Shown here: one piece after another, positions 39,007 to 53,400 of the stretch | Numbering within the stretch: the stretch's first letter is position 1 | How the letters are laid out: each line of letters begins with the position of its first letter | NCBI GenBank assembly: GCA_964016885.1 | Contig: OZ024742.1 | Location: forward strand, 256,990,001-257,054,000 | From: Eledone cirrhosa | Taxonomy: Eukaryota | Length of the DNA: 64,000 nt | Reading direction: 5' to 3' | Translations under genes and position numbers: made by a program | Notes under the pieces: model-generated | The model's database searches: none | What the model saw: the letters and a program-made list of their open reading frames with translations, nothing else | What the model was told of the DNA's origin: nothing

Positions 39007-39431
39007 TATGTTGAAAATGTAGCACGCTAGAGAGATAGTGCTCCATCAATAAAACAGGTAAAACCACCAGTGTATGGAATCTATATCTATGGAAGGCAGG
39101 ATAGACACACAATAATTAAAAATATAAATTAAAATGTATATACGCACCTCTATAACTATATAACACACGCGTACAGATTCAAAGAGATCTGTTTCGCCAG
39201 TAAGTTGTTGACTGAAATGGAATAGCCTATGGTTCAACAGCGCGTGCTAGACTATACATTCCAGACAACTCTAAGAGAATCTCAGTATTCCTTTTCCTTT
39301 GAGCACATTGACAGGGAATAACGAGAGTCTATGTCTCCGTTAATTTATCGTGATATTTCGCTCCTTATAACAGTCTTTCCTCTGCACTGTCCACAAGTGT
39401 TTTTTTTTTAGCCTTCATATCATGTTCCACT

Positions 39432-39502
39432 GTATTATCTGATGAAAACACAAATATTATTGCATGATGATGTTTGTTTTTGAAATGCGCATAATAAAAT
39501 AC
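39432..39502 (+). ncRNA. Hammerhead ribozyme, intact core
   Basis: TTAT-CTGATGA-AAACACAAATATTA...TGATGTTTGTTTTT-GAAA-TGCGCA-TA-ATAA. Confidence 0.75.
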
Positions 39503-39529
39503 ATGGAACTCCTTTAACCATCTTTTGAT

Positions 39530-39591
<62 letters not shown>

Positions 39592-40383
39592 ACATGTTAA
39601 ATATCTGATAGCCCCACTGACAAATAATATGTTATGTAGAAAATATATCTAACAATGGTTTGAGCATGGCCGAATTGTAAAGAATATCGGCCACTCTCTG
39701 CTATTTATATATTAACACCACAACACACATACACACATGCACAATAACTCACGCACACACACGTAAGCACACAAATACACATCGACACCCACCCACACAC
39801 AAATGCACAAAAACACACACACATACACACACATGTACAAAAAACACACACACACAAGCACACAAATACACACACCCATCCACAAGCACACACAAAAATG
39901 CACAAAAAACACACACACACACAAACCCATGCACACAAACACACATGCTACACACACACACGCGCGCGTGTGCGCACGCTAACACTCACCCAGATGCACA
40001 CAAACACAGGCACACACAAACACACACAAATACACACACATGTTAACATTTAAAAGTGTAATATAGACACCAAATAATACGACAGCTAGAGTCTGACAAC
40101 GTTGACACGTAACCGTAATATTATTAGGTATGAATGTTGTTATGCTGGGAGAGATTTGGCAAGGCGTAGAGAACTGCGATTGGTTTTAGTTTTTGTCTAG
40201 TCTAATATATATCTGGTAGGTAAGACAGTGTGTAGGTTGAAAGATTATGGTTGATTGAATTCGTAAATTGCCTTTAAGTTTTGTTGGTTTGTCTAGGTGT
40301 AAATTAGGCAATTAACATTCTTACACAAACACATACGCACACACACATACACGACCACATACACACAGCCACACACACGCACG

Positions 40384-40477
<94 letters not shown>

Positions 40478-40699
40478 CGTGTGTGCGTATTACTTCTTGC
40501 AGTTGATGTGTAAGTACAGCACTGTTTTCTGTGAACACAGTATGCCAGTGAATAGCAAAAGCCATACTTAATCTGCAGTTAACCTCGCTGCCTACTTAAC
40601 ACACTGATGCTAAATGTATCCTTACTAAAAGCATCCACTCCTATGTTTACATATATTTCTACTTAAAATAACCGTAGCAGTAGTCTTTTAATTGCTTCT

Positions 40700-41425
<726 letters not shown>

Positions 41426-43528
41426 TTGCGTTCTTATATGTGTGTACGTACTAACGCACACATAACTGTCCTATGTGTCTGTTAGTTCTTGTGTTTGATA
41501 ACAGGTTAAAAGTTCATAATTAAAGTGCATGTAATATTTCTGTGTTTACATTACCACACTTATCCAAAGCGAGCTTCTCTGTGTTACGTGACTGTCAACG
41601 TGCGGATTAGTATGTTTTCACTAGCATAAGTTTTGCTCTGCTTCATGCAACATACCTATTATTTAGCAGAATTTTTAAATATGTCTACTCGTGTAAATAT
41701 TTTATAAGTATAACATTATGCCTTCCAATTGACAGCTGTTTCCTATTATGATGAATAGCATTTGGCAACATCTATCTATCTAGCATATATATGTATCTAA
41801 ATATATGTTATGTACCATTGACATTAGGTTTTATATGATCGTACGAACGCATCAATTCCATGCTTAATGTAGAGTTCCGTGACAATCAATCTGTCACTCG
41901 ACAGTCCAGTATCTGTTTAGACGAGTGCAATTTATTTGATTGATCAACGGAACTGCCTGTTCATGAACTTATCATTTAGGTGACTTTCTCTTTCACTGTC
42001 AAGTGTACCGTTAACGTAAATCTCGGGCTGAATCAGCATGTGACAATGGTGGTTTCGGGGATTACAGGTACAGTCCAACATTCGAGTTTCCTCACAGTTT
42101 CATTCTACCCAATTCCATTCTCAAACCATAGCATGAAACTGCTCTAAGAATGATAACCATTTTGAAAGCAAAGCTTGCAAAACGGTCTCTAGTTTTATGA
42201 AATAAAACCACGTAATTTAAAAGATTACTATTGATTTAATAATTTTAATTCAGAAACATATATTAAATTACTATTTTAGTAATGAAATAGTTTAAATTAT
42301 CCGTAAATCCCTCACAATCCATCATTAATAGATAGCGATAGTGAGTATTTTATAAGAAAGGGTTAATTACTAATGGGCTTGATATACCCGAGAAATGACT
42401 TTTAAATCATTACTGAAAATCCCCTTTATTAAATACTACAGTGAAAGCGTAAACAGAGTAGACTAAAAGTGTACTGGCGTTTAATTGCACAGCAAAAACC
42501 GAAATGCAGGTGTGCTAGGTTATGTTCTTTATAAATGCAACGTAAATGACATAAGATATATATTTATTATCCGTATATATATTCATGTATTCGTTTAATC
42601 CATTTAAGATCGTATAGCACTGCTAAGCCATGGCAGACAGGAAATGTAACTAGTATCCCTCGCAGCTAAGAAATAAAACTAGGAAATGTACAGTGCAAGA
42701 AATAATAGAAGTCAACGAGAGGTAAAATAACAAACAGAAGCATGAATATGTTTCAAAAATAAGATGAGAAACGAACATTACTATAAAGCAGTACAAATAT
42801 TATTTTATTGAATTTAACCTCCGATTAGCTGCGAATCTCATGAAACAGCCCATTTCTCAATACGCACAAAGTTGACTAAATAAAATATGTTACCCGTTAT
42901 TGATTCTGTGCCATATTAATGATATCCGGACGAGCTACTTTCTTTATTTAGGATTCAGTTATATATTCGACTGCAATATCTCTTAGTTTACGAGATATTT
43001 TTCTAGTTATATTCCATACTTCAATTATTTAATGACGACGTTTGAGGTGCTTAAAAGATTATTAATTGTTTCGTCACTAAGTTAGTCACTTAATGATACG
43101 TAAATGTACATAGTTCTAACTCGTAGAAATATGTCACGATTATGTTATCCGATTTTGAATACACATGTGAATAAAATATGTAATGTAGAATAAAGTATAT
43201 ATTATTATAAACAATAGAAATTGTATGTCACAACTAAAATATGCAATGTATTATACTTACAGGAATGTATAGAAATGTTTTGATTCGAGTTTCTCTTCGG
43301 GGTCACAAATAAAATATTGCTGGTTACATTTCTTCACGTATATTAGATTTCACAACACACCAATTGTTATGAAATATTCGAGCCATCATTAGATAGATTA
43401 TTCTTTATATACACCTTAGGGTTTATAGCATACTTCGTGTAACGCGTTGATTCATGTCAATGGATTGGCAGAATCGTTAGAAGCTTGGATGAAATGTTAG
43501 GTTTGAGAACTGGTGATAACGTACTCTA

Positions 43529-43560
<32 letters not shown>

Positions 43561-43704
43561 GAATGTATATATAGTGTATTTTGCAATACACTGTATGCTT
43601 AATTAAAAGCATTTCGAAGACATTATACTATTGTTTTAGCGTAGTGATAGTCTCACTTACTTTAATTTTCAGCAAACAGGGGAGATCAAACAGGAGGAGT
43701 AGTT

Positions 43705-43749
43705 AGCCTTGATAAGCATCAACAAATGCGAAACAGGACTCTGTCGGCT
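43705..43749 (+). ncRNA. Hammerhead ribozyme (U3-A8), fully paired
   Basis: AGCC-TTGATAA-GCAT caacaa ATGC-GAAA-CAG gact CTG-TC-GGCT. Confidence 0.88.
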
Positions 43750-44024
43750 TTATCTCCCCTGTTTGCTGAGAATTAATGTAAGTGAGACTATCACTACTCT
43801 AAAACAATAGCATAAGGTCTTCGAAATGCTTTTAATTAAGCATACAGTCTATTGCAAAATACACTATATATACATTCATATATATATAGCTATTTCAGAG
43901 CACCAATTCTAATTTTCAATTCATGCTTGACCGGCAAACGCTCTGTATAATCAGTTACTGATTATTTACTAGAATTCTATAAGAATCAAACATCCATGGT
44001 TTTCAGCAAACAGGAGGAGTAGTT

Positions 44025-44069
44025 AGCCTTGATAAGCATCAACAAATGCGAAACAGGGCTCTGTCGGCT
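44025..44069 (+). ncRNA. Hammerhead ribozyme (U3-A8), second tandem copy
   Basis: AGCC-TTGATAA-GCAT caacaa ATGC-GAAA-CAG ggct CTG-TC-GGCT. Confidence 0.88.
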
Positions 44070-44181
44070 TTATCTCCCCTGTTTGCGGAAAATTAAAGTA
44101 AGTGAGACTATCACTACTCTAAAACAATAGCATAACGTCTTCGAAATGCTTTTAATTAAGCATACAGTGTATTGCAAAATG

Positions 44182-44216
<35 letters not shown>

Positions 44217-44942
44217 GGATGCATCAAGTACTTTTCATGTTCAGCAGCTTCTATAAAAGCACAAATATGTCAGGGAATTGAATGAAGCACCTTCGTTTTC
44301 GACAATGATTTATCCATTTATTCGAACTGCGTAACACCTGCGCATTAAATTAGCGTTTAAGTGGTTGAGTATTACATAGGTATGAGTATTACATAGGTAT
44401 GAGTAATTCTAAGGAGTATATTTAAAGTAATTCAGAGTGTATGGAATAGCGTTGACAATTGTATTACAGATATAATTCATAAGTCAGGATTCCCCTTTCA
44501 ACCCACCCAATTTCTCTCATGAAGAAATCGGTTGACACAAGGCTGAGACAAATGTCACTTTCACATGAATGCCCTCAATGGAACCTAAACCGGAATCTAA
44601 TGATTGCGAAGTAAACGAGTTAGCACGTCTACCACAAGGTTTATGTAATTATAAAATAAAAGTATGCACTTTTCTACATTTTCTTTTCTACATTCCATTG
44701 GATTTGTTATATTATGATGTTAACGATTCTAGATTATATCATAGACTCAATTAATTATGTTTGTCATATGAAATTATTTATGCTTGTTACACTATGAAGG
44801 TAATAGTTCAATATTATACTAGGGACTGAATTAATGATGCTGAAAATGTAAATCTTTTAATTTGATGTAGAATATAAACTTATTATATAAAGTGGTTGTG
44901 TCTGCGCACGATTACATAGGAACGTAACATTCTTAATGATAA

Positions 44943-47707
44943 CTTTCTTTTTATTTGCCACCAGGGCGTCAAAGAGTGGAACAAGTACAAGGGGGGAGTT
45001 TACATAAAATGGCGTGCTCAATAAGGAGGAGGCAATAATAACATATAAAAATATAAAAATATAATAATATAACAAAAATAAATTGAATAACAAAATCCTC
45101 AATAGGGAGGAGGGGCATTGGTGGGTCGCACACACCCCCGCGAAAAATGTGCAACCCTTCTCCTCAGGAGCACAGAGAGCGGGTGCTCCCTTGATATTTT
45201 ATCATTCTAACCTACAGTCTGATGTAGAGTGAAGGCCCATTCACACGGGCCATTCTTGCCACTTTCACCCATCTTTCATAAAAACGGCTGGGGTGCAGCA
45301 TCTCTCTCTCCATCTTGATCCTTCTTCCGAAATGATATCGGAAGAAACGGACCAGTTGTTGGCAAGAGAGATAGGTGTCTGACCTCAGTCCTTCAGACGC
45401 GTCCACCATACAACCTCTTTCACCATGTATATTACGCACAGAAACACCCCCTCTCCTTCGTTTTTGAAGTGGGGAGGCGTTTTGATCGTTACAATAGACT
45501 CGGTGGTCAACCGGATCGGTCCCACCCGTGACAGCAGTCGTTCGACATAGCCCCACAGATCGGCAATGCCCGAGCAGTGTACCAATGCGTGTGCAACGGT
45601 TTCCTCGTCGCACACGCATCTGGGACAGAATTTTTCGAGGGGGCCCTACGCAGCCGCCCGTGTCTGTAGAGCCTTTCTCGAACGGGCAGAGCCCCTCGGT
45701 AGCACTGCCAGGCATGCGACCACTGGAATGTATCCATAGATCCCGGGCTGAATGTCCTACCGAACCGGTCGTCCAGTTCCTTTTCCTCCATGTCTAGGTC
45801 TTCTCCGAGGGCGTCGTCGCACCTGCTAACCACCAACCCTCTATAGAATGACGAGGTGGATTCTCCACTGACAGCTATGAGCGCCTGGGCACACTCGGTG
45901 TGCCAGGTGCCCATTTTTCTCGGTCTTTGCTTGATCCGGGATTGCAGCTCGGTGAGCCAGACGAGTCTGGGAAAGGCTCGCCTCACAAACGGGACCCACA
46001 CCGGTTGACCGGTGAAGAATACCTGGAGGTGTCGTAGCGTTTTTACGCATCATCAGCCACGGCATCCCCAGCCCTCCTTTCGAAGGGTGTTGACAGCAGA
46101 TGGATCTACTCACCATAGGAGCCCGCTTCTTTCAAAGGAATTGGAAGAGTGCACGTTTGATCTTGGCGAGCGTTTCCCTTGGGCAAGGCACGACGGTCAG
46201 GCTGTAGTAGATGATGGACGCTATATAAGTGTTCGCAACTCCGCCCGACCTTTCAGGGACAGGTTGCACTCGGCCCACTTCTGGGTCAGTGCAAACACCC
46301 TGTTCGTTACCTCACCCCGGTTCTTCTCCGCTTGGAGGTCTGGTCGGAACCAGACCCCGAGCAACTTCACCGGGCCCTCTGTCCAGCGTCCGACGACGCC
46401 ATCGGAGAGCGTCGATTTGCCCCTCTACGTGGCGAGTTGCAAACCGATCGACTTGTCCCGGTTCAGCTTAGCCCCTGTAAACATTTCGTACGCCTCCAGT
46501 ACGGTGCCGATCGCCCCGATTATCGACGCCGTCGACACCATTACTGTTACGTCATCGTCGTAGGCCGACACCGTTTTCCGCAATCGCGGTTCCAACTGGT
46601 TGTGTGGGTGTTTGGATAGGGGGTGGGGAAGTTCTTTAGGAGGACGCGGTTAATGGGCCAGACGCAAGGGGGGGGGGGGGTCACGTCCTCTTTAAATTTG
46701 TTTTTTAGTGTTTTACATGTGTCCTCTGGGGCCTTAATCATTTTGCGGTGGGTGATGTTAGGCCCTTGGTTTGTTACTAAATTGTTGTTGTATACAATCT
46801 TTAGCAGTTTTTTTTTATTTCTTGTGTTTATGTATGTTTATGCATGTTTTTATTTTTGTAGTGGTGGTTGTGGTGATTGTGTTGTTTGTGCAGTTGTTGT
46901 TGGTGTAGGCAGGATTGAGGACAGACAGCCCTCTGGTGACCTCTGGCTCCACAGAAGTAACAAGAGTGCCGCCTACCCTCACCGGTAATGTTGATAAAAG
47001 TTTGATCATCCAGTATGACGCGTTCAGGGATCTGGGCGATCCTTTCGGGCCTCATTTGAACTACAAGTTCGAGGCCCGTTCCACTGAACGCGTCACCCGA
47101 TGCCTTCCCCATGGATATTAGTGTGTCATCGTCTAGGTCCAGGAATCCTGTTAATAACCACCTTATGTCCATAATCGGAAGGATGTTGTGAATTTTTATT
47201 TTTTGTGTCCTTCTACCAATGTACGTAGAGTAGAAGGTGTATGCTGTGGATGAGATTGGTTTTATTGACAGTTTCGCTGCCGTGTCCCTGTACTTTATGA
47301 GAATTGATAGACTCCCGTAGAGTCTATCCTTCTGAATGAATATGATGTCTTTCATGACATCGTTTAAAACCAGCTCTATCTCACTCTGTGATAGTTGAGC
47401 TGGTTTTTTGCTTTTGTTTGAGACTGTCCTAAACATGGCACTGTTTAGGAGTCTCTGGCTTTTTAGTTCCGGGGGGGGGGGGGAGGGGGGAGTGGATCGA
47501 AAATGATCCATTTTCCTCATTCACTATATATTTTTTGGCATCTGCCAGTAGCTCCTTCGCTTTGCTTATATCTACTGGCAGATAGTCGAGGGTTTTCCTT
47601 GCAGTCTGGGCGAAGGAGATTTTCCTTGTTCGTGTTGCAGTTGTAGTTGGTGGTGTTGTTGTTATCATTGTTGTTGGTGTTTTTGTTTTTGTTGTCTTTA
47701 TTGTTGC

Positions 47708-47738
<31 letters not shown>

Positions 47739-48000
47739 GTTTTCAGTTTCTTGTGTAGTTGTGACTACATCAAGTTGTCGGTCAGCAGGTCGGTCATCTG
47801 CTGCTGTGACACTGGCAGTGGAAAGCTGTGAGTTTAGCTTCCCTTTTCTTTCTTTGAATGTTGGTGAAGATGCTTCAGCCATTTTATCAAAGTAGGAAAT
47901 TTTTCGAAAGATTTTTTTTCAAAAGATTTTTTTTCAACACAATTTCGCCTAAAGGCGTAGAATAATTTGAGAGACTGACCAGATTAAAATTTGACCTGGC
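44943..48000 (-). mobile_element. Tx1-like LINE family B with large internal deletion (ORF1 joined to RT C-half)
   Basis: ORF1 from 47882 with CYFCGARGHQRAVC knuckle; junction at ~46590 to VSAYDDDVTV; C-terminal CDEETVAHALVHC; ends AATAAAAAGAAAG. The 5' boundary is approximate. Confidence 0.85.
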
Positions 48001-48333
48001 AGTCCCTCTACAAAATGTTACAGAAATGAAAGTTTACAGTTTGGAATGTCTATGGAAATTTAGGCAGAACTTACCCAGCAAATTTTATGCGTGTGTCCAT
48101 CCCAGAAGGATAGCTATGTATTTAGAACCGACTAATGTTCCGTAGCATCTGATGACAGTAGGATACATACATACACACACACACACCCACACACACACAT
48201 ATATATATATATATATACATATATATAGACTTGAGGGCGGCCGACAGGGGTAGAAACTGCGAAATGTTCGGTCGCCCTCAGATTTTCAGCGCCCCATGGA
48301 ATTTGTCTATTATTTTCCTTTGTTATATTTCGA

Positions 48334-48391
48334 ATACCTGATGATGTCACCGGATTCATACTGAACCCGGTCATTGAAATGATCATAGTAT
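48334..48391 (+). ncRNA. Hammerhead ribozyme in a short TA-flanked element (~48228-48588)
   Basis: ATAC-CTGATGA-..ACCGG aTTCA tac TGAAc CCGGT..-GAAA-TGATCA-TA-GTAT. Confidence 0.72.
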
Positions 48392-48620
48392 AATAAACCT
48401 TTTACAGAATTACACCAGTCCAGCCTCCTGTTATTATATAATAATTAACTTCGTACTCGCACCACCAACTACACAAAAGAAGACGGCTGAGTTGCATTAC
48501 GTTGAGCACTCTCCATAATATTACATCGAGGTTGACCATACGGACAGACCAGTTCTATCCAGTGGTGTACCAAATAAACCTAAATAAATATATATATACA
48601 TACATACATATATATATATG

Positions 48621-48783
<163 letters not shown>

Positions 48784-49372
48784 TACATATATATATATAT
48801 ACTTAAACGCAACCACACAGCCCGCCATTTTATTCATATAATTTTCCTTATCCACCGTGATCCAACATTTTCTCCCCTTGTTACTATCATCTCTCTCGCT
48901 TTTCTCTCTCCTTCTCCCTCTTACCTCTTCTGCGAGTCACCTTCTCTCTGCTAGCCTGCCACTATAGCTATCTCCTTCTTGATTCATCTTACTTTCACTC
49001 ACTCCCTCTCTGCTAGTCACCCTGTCTCCGCTAGCCCACTTCCCCCCTCGCCCGCCACTGGAAGCAGTCTCTTTTCTCTCTCAAACTTCTACTGTGAAGA
49101 CGTGTCTGTTCTCTCGTCAAACTTGCTAGGATTTATGTCCGAAAAAAGTCTGTTGACTTCATATTTATCCTCACTTTACGATGCTTCACTTTTCGTGTTT
49201 GTTTACGTTTTCTCTCCCCCTCCCCTTTAACTTATTTTAGTTATTGCTGGCACTAGGTATAGGTATATTGTCTCTAACGCGAAGAAATACCTATGATTCC
49301 TAGGAGACAACTGATGATTGATATTACCCCCTTTCGCCCGTAACTTTTATTTTCCTTATATATATATATATA

Positions 49373-49800
49373 TTCGAGGGCCAATCAAAATAGAAACCTG
49401 TCTGTTTCATTGCAAGACAAATAAGGTACAAACAAAATGTGTTAGACATCAAAATGAAGCTTTACAAGAGTGGATCGTATTCCTACTTCTCAACATGAAT
49501 ACCAGCATCGTAAAACTTAATGCAGCATTCACTTCCTCATAATTTCCTTAATGTTGACCTCTCAATGCATATTTATTGGGACCGAAGAGGTGCTAATCCG
49601 ATGGTGCTAAATCAGGTCTGTATGAAGGGTTCGCCAGATTTGTCCACCCCAGTAAGGTGATTTCCTCCTTTTTTCCTGGTGTTCGTGTGAGGTCTGGAAT
49701 TATCGTATTGAAGAAGAAATGTATTCGCCTCCAAGTTCTCTGACATCCTCAATGACAAATTTGTTGTTTGGTCTCTATAATTTGTTCGGTTTTAACACAA
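49373..49800 (-). mobile_element. Tc1/mariner transposase remnant with one TIR-like end
   Basis: Manual translation LQYDNSRPH..LGWTNLANPSYRPDLAPSD*HLFGP resembles mariner HDNARPH..HPPYSPDLAPSDYHLF; end reads TATTCGAGGG. Confidence 0.75.
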
Positions 49801-50132
49801 TTTTTTGTGAACGGTGTGCAGTATACTTGGGTTGCGCATGCGGTATAAACGGGTGGGTGTGTGTTTTTTTTATTTATATATTATACGTGTATTTACTTGT
49901 TACTAATTGGTTGCTTGGTGTAACTGTGCGTGTCTTGCTTGTTATAATAGTTTGGTTCTTGTGTAAACCTCTATGTCTTTATCTTGTCATTTGTTAATAG
50001 CTGTACTTTTCTACTCATCTTTTCTCATTAAATTTGGTTAGAGTTCGTTTAGTTCAATACTTCAGTAATCTATTTCAACACATGTTCTCAGATAAGAGAC
50101 CTTGCTAAGCAAACACAAACATGAAGTATATA

Positions 50133-50236
<104 letters not shown>

Positions 50237-50424
50237 CGTGTGTGTGTGTGTATATGTGTGTGTGCGTGTGTATATGTGTGTGTGTGCGTGCGTGTGTGTG
50301 TTTGCGCGCATGCACTCACACACACACTTACGCACACACACGTATATATATATAATAAAAAAATAGTAACATTAATGATATTAATAGTAAATATAACAGT
50401 GATAATAAATTTGCCATTAATAAT

Positions 50425-53400
50425 GCTTTCTTTATTAACCATAAGGGTTTACATGAAGTAGACGTTAAGGACAGTACAGGACAGTACATATGGGCATTTC
50501 TGCGTGTACAAAACAAAAACAGAGAATGTAACAAAAAAATAACAAGCACAAATTCCCCAATACGGGGGAGATTTCCGAGGGACATTCATGGACACAGCCC
50601 ATTAAAAAGCCACAGTGACCCTCACCACCAGGGCAAGTGCCCTCTCCCAGTTTTCCAAATTAATTTGCAGACACATACTCAGAGTAGGCCCATTTACTCG
50701 GGCCATTCTTGTCTCTCTCACTCATCTTTAAACAAAATGCTGGTAAGAGAGTACTTCCCTCTCTACCCTGATTTTCCTTTTCAAATGAAATTTTAAAAAG
50801 TTAATCAGGGCATCACCGAAGTGGTAAGTGCTCGTCTTCAGCCCTTTCAAACGTGTCCACCATACTATCTATTTCACCATGGCCACCAGACAGATAAAAA
50901 CTGCCTGCCCTTCCCGACTAAAGAAAGAGGGCGGGGCAATCCTCACGATGGACTCAGCTGATAGCTGGATCCGTCCTACACGCGACAGCAGGTGTTCGAC
51001 ATAAACCCAGACGTCAGCAATGCTCAGACACTGGACGAGTGCGTGCAGGACGGTTTCGTCACCCTGCGCGCATCTCGGACATGCCCGGCTGATGGCATGT
51101 CAATGGCTGTAGAGTTTATCCCCAACTGGCAAAGCCCCTCGGTAGCACTGCCAGGCCAGGGAATTCTGGAAGTTGTCCATAGACCCCGGCCCGAAAGTTC
51201 TTCCGAAGAGATTGGCTAGTTGATTTTCGTCGACGCCTAGAGTTTCCCCAAGTACGTCGTCGCTCTTCCCCTCCACTAATCCTCTATAGAAGGCCAAGAT
51301 GGAGTTTCCACCGATCACATTGCCCGATTTGTCGAGGGCTGTGAGCGCCTGAAGACATTCCAGTCTCCAAGCGCTCCCTCTCGGTCTTCGCTTAACCCAG
51401 GACTACAGCTCCGTCAAGGAGAAGAGCTGGGGAAACACGCGTCATCATCAGTCACGACATGCCCAGCCCTCCACGTAGCGGGTGTTGACAGCAGATGGAC
51501 CGCCTGACCATCGGAACGCGTCCCTTCCACAAAAACGTAAGAGCAAACGCTCCAGCGCAGTCAGGCAGGCCTTAGAACAAGGTACGACGGTCAGTCGGTA
51601 GTAGATGATGGACGCGATGTATGCGTTAACCACCTCCGCTCGACCTTTCAGGGATAGCTTCCTCTCCGCCCATTTTTGGGTGAGAGAAGCCACATTGCTC
51701 GTCACGTCGTCTCAGTTTTTGTCCGTCTGGAGGTCCGGACAGAACCACACCCCTAGCAATTTAAACGGTCCGTCTGTCCAGCACCCGGCGACGCTGTTGG
51801 ACGGCATGGACCTTCCTCTCCAGGTGCCAAACTGCAGGCCCACTGACTTTTCCTGGTTGAGCATTGCACCTGTCACCGCTTCGTATTCTCTTAGTGTAGT
51901 GCCGATCGCCTCGATGTGTTTGGCGTTCGACACCACTACGGTGACATCGTCCGCATATGCTGACACGGATCTTCTGGATCCTAGTTCGCGCGGGATCCCG
52001 TCAACGTCTCGAGTTTGTGCAGTAATGGCTCAAGAGTCAATACGTACAATAATGACGAGAGGGTACATCCTTGGCGGCCCGAGCGCATGATGTTGAACGG
52101 TTCCGAAAGGTGACCGTTCACTCTCAACATAGAGCAAATGTCGCTGTTCATGGCAGCGATCCAGCCTCTGAAGACGGACCCAAAGCCAGCCGCCTTCAGG
52201 ACTACCGCTAGTAAGGATGGTCGACCCTATGGAAGGTTTTCGACCGATCTAAATTGATCAAGGACCCACTCGTGCCAGGTTCCATAGCTACCCTCATCAC
52301 ATTGTATCGCATGAGGTGGAGGTTGTCGTGGATGGATCTGTCGGGAATGGCGCATGACTGCGCCTCTCCCACCAGACCATCAATGACAAGCGCCAACCAC
52401 TTTGCTAATACCTAGCAAAATCTTGAACTCTGCGTTTAGCAGAGTTATTAGCCTGAAATTATCTATGTTATCCTGATTATTCGGATCCTTTCTCGGCAGC
52501 GACACTGCTCCTCGGCTCACAGAGCTGGGAATTCTCCCGTTCTGTTGCCAGTTGCAGTAGACGTCCGCCAAGAGGCCTCCGAAAAAATTTGGCATCTGTA
52601 CGTAAAGTTCATAGGGCAGACCATCTAAACCAGGTGATTTACCCCTTGTGCAGCCAGCCATTGCTTCCCGTAATTCAGCGGCTGTTATCGGCTTTTCGCA
52701 ACACTCCGCCTCAGTGACCGAGAGCCGCCGCAGTCCGTCGAGGTAGACACTAAAGTCAATCCCACGATCCGCCCCGCCGGTGCCCCGAACAGTTGAGCGA
52801 AGTGTCGCTGAAAAGCTAACCCACATTTTCCCGGGATCGAGTAGCATGCGCGTGTCGTGGTCAACAAAAGACCGGATCTTGACTTTATTTCCACGACGCG
52901 GCTCCGCCAGTCGTGCCCATTGAACAACTTCCGTCCCCCCGTGTCTGAGAGCACACACGCTAGCTCTGACAATGCAGCCTTCGTGCTCTGCATCGAAGAA
53001 TTGGTCAAGGGCCGATTTCGCCGCAAGTACGTCGGTCGCGACGCCTTTGCTAAGCGCCTCGTCTAATTTTCTAACTAGTTCTCCCTTTGCTCTATTTTTC
53101 TCTATAGCTTACTAAACCTAATGGACTCTATTCTAATCGCTCTTTCCGAGCAAACCACCACTTGTTGTTGATGATGGCGTCCGTCAACGCCCGCTTAACT
53201 AGTTCGCTAATCCGATCTCTGTAGGCCTTGCGCGCTGGTAAGGACACGTTTAGCTTCCGGTAGCCGGGTTGTCGTCTATGAAGGCTATCTAAGTCAAGCA
53301 CACAGATAACGAATTTGTGGTCCGTGTAGCTGACTATCTTGAAATGTTGAAAGCCTATGCTAGACCTATCTATTTCCCTACAAAATACTCTATCTAGATA

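Larger units (their letters stand above)
43557..44190 (+). mobile_element. Miniature non-coding PLE/retrozyme-like element: inverted pLTR + pLTR + ~115-bp spacer + pLTR
   Basis: 43557-43686 is the reverse complement of 43752-43885; 43687-43870 is directly repeated at 44007-44190; (TA)n on both sides. Confidence 0.88.

Noticed and set aside
41430-43520. Host exons in the longer apparently unique stretches (also 12800-14200, 22300-24100, 29750-29950)
   Set aside because: No ORF or recognisable protein motif; several parts are degenerate SINE-like repeats. Tiny exons cannot be excluded.
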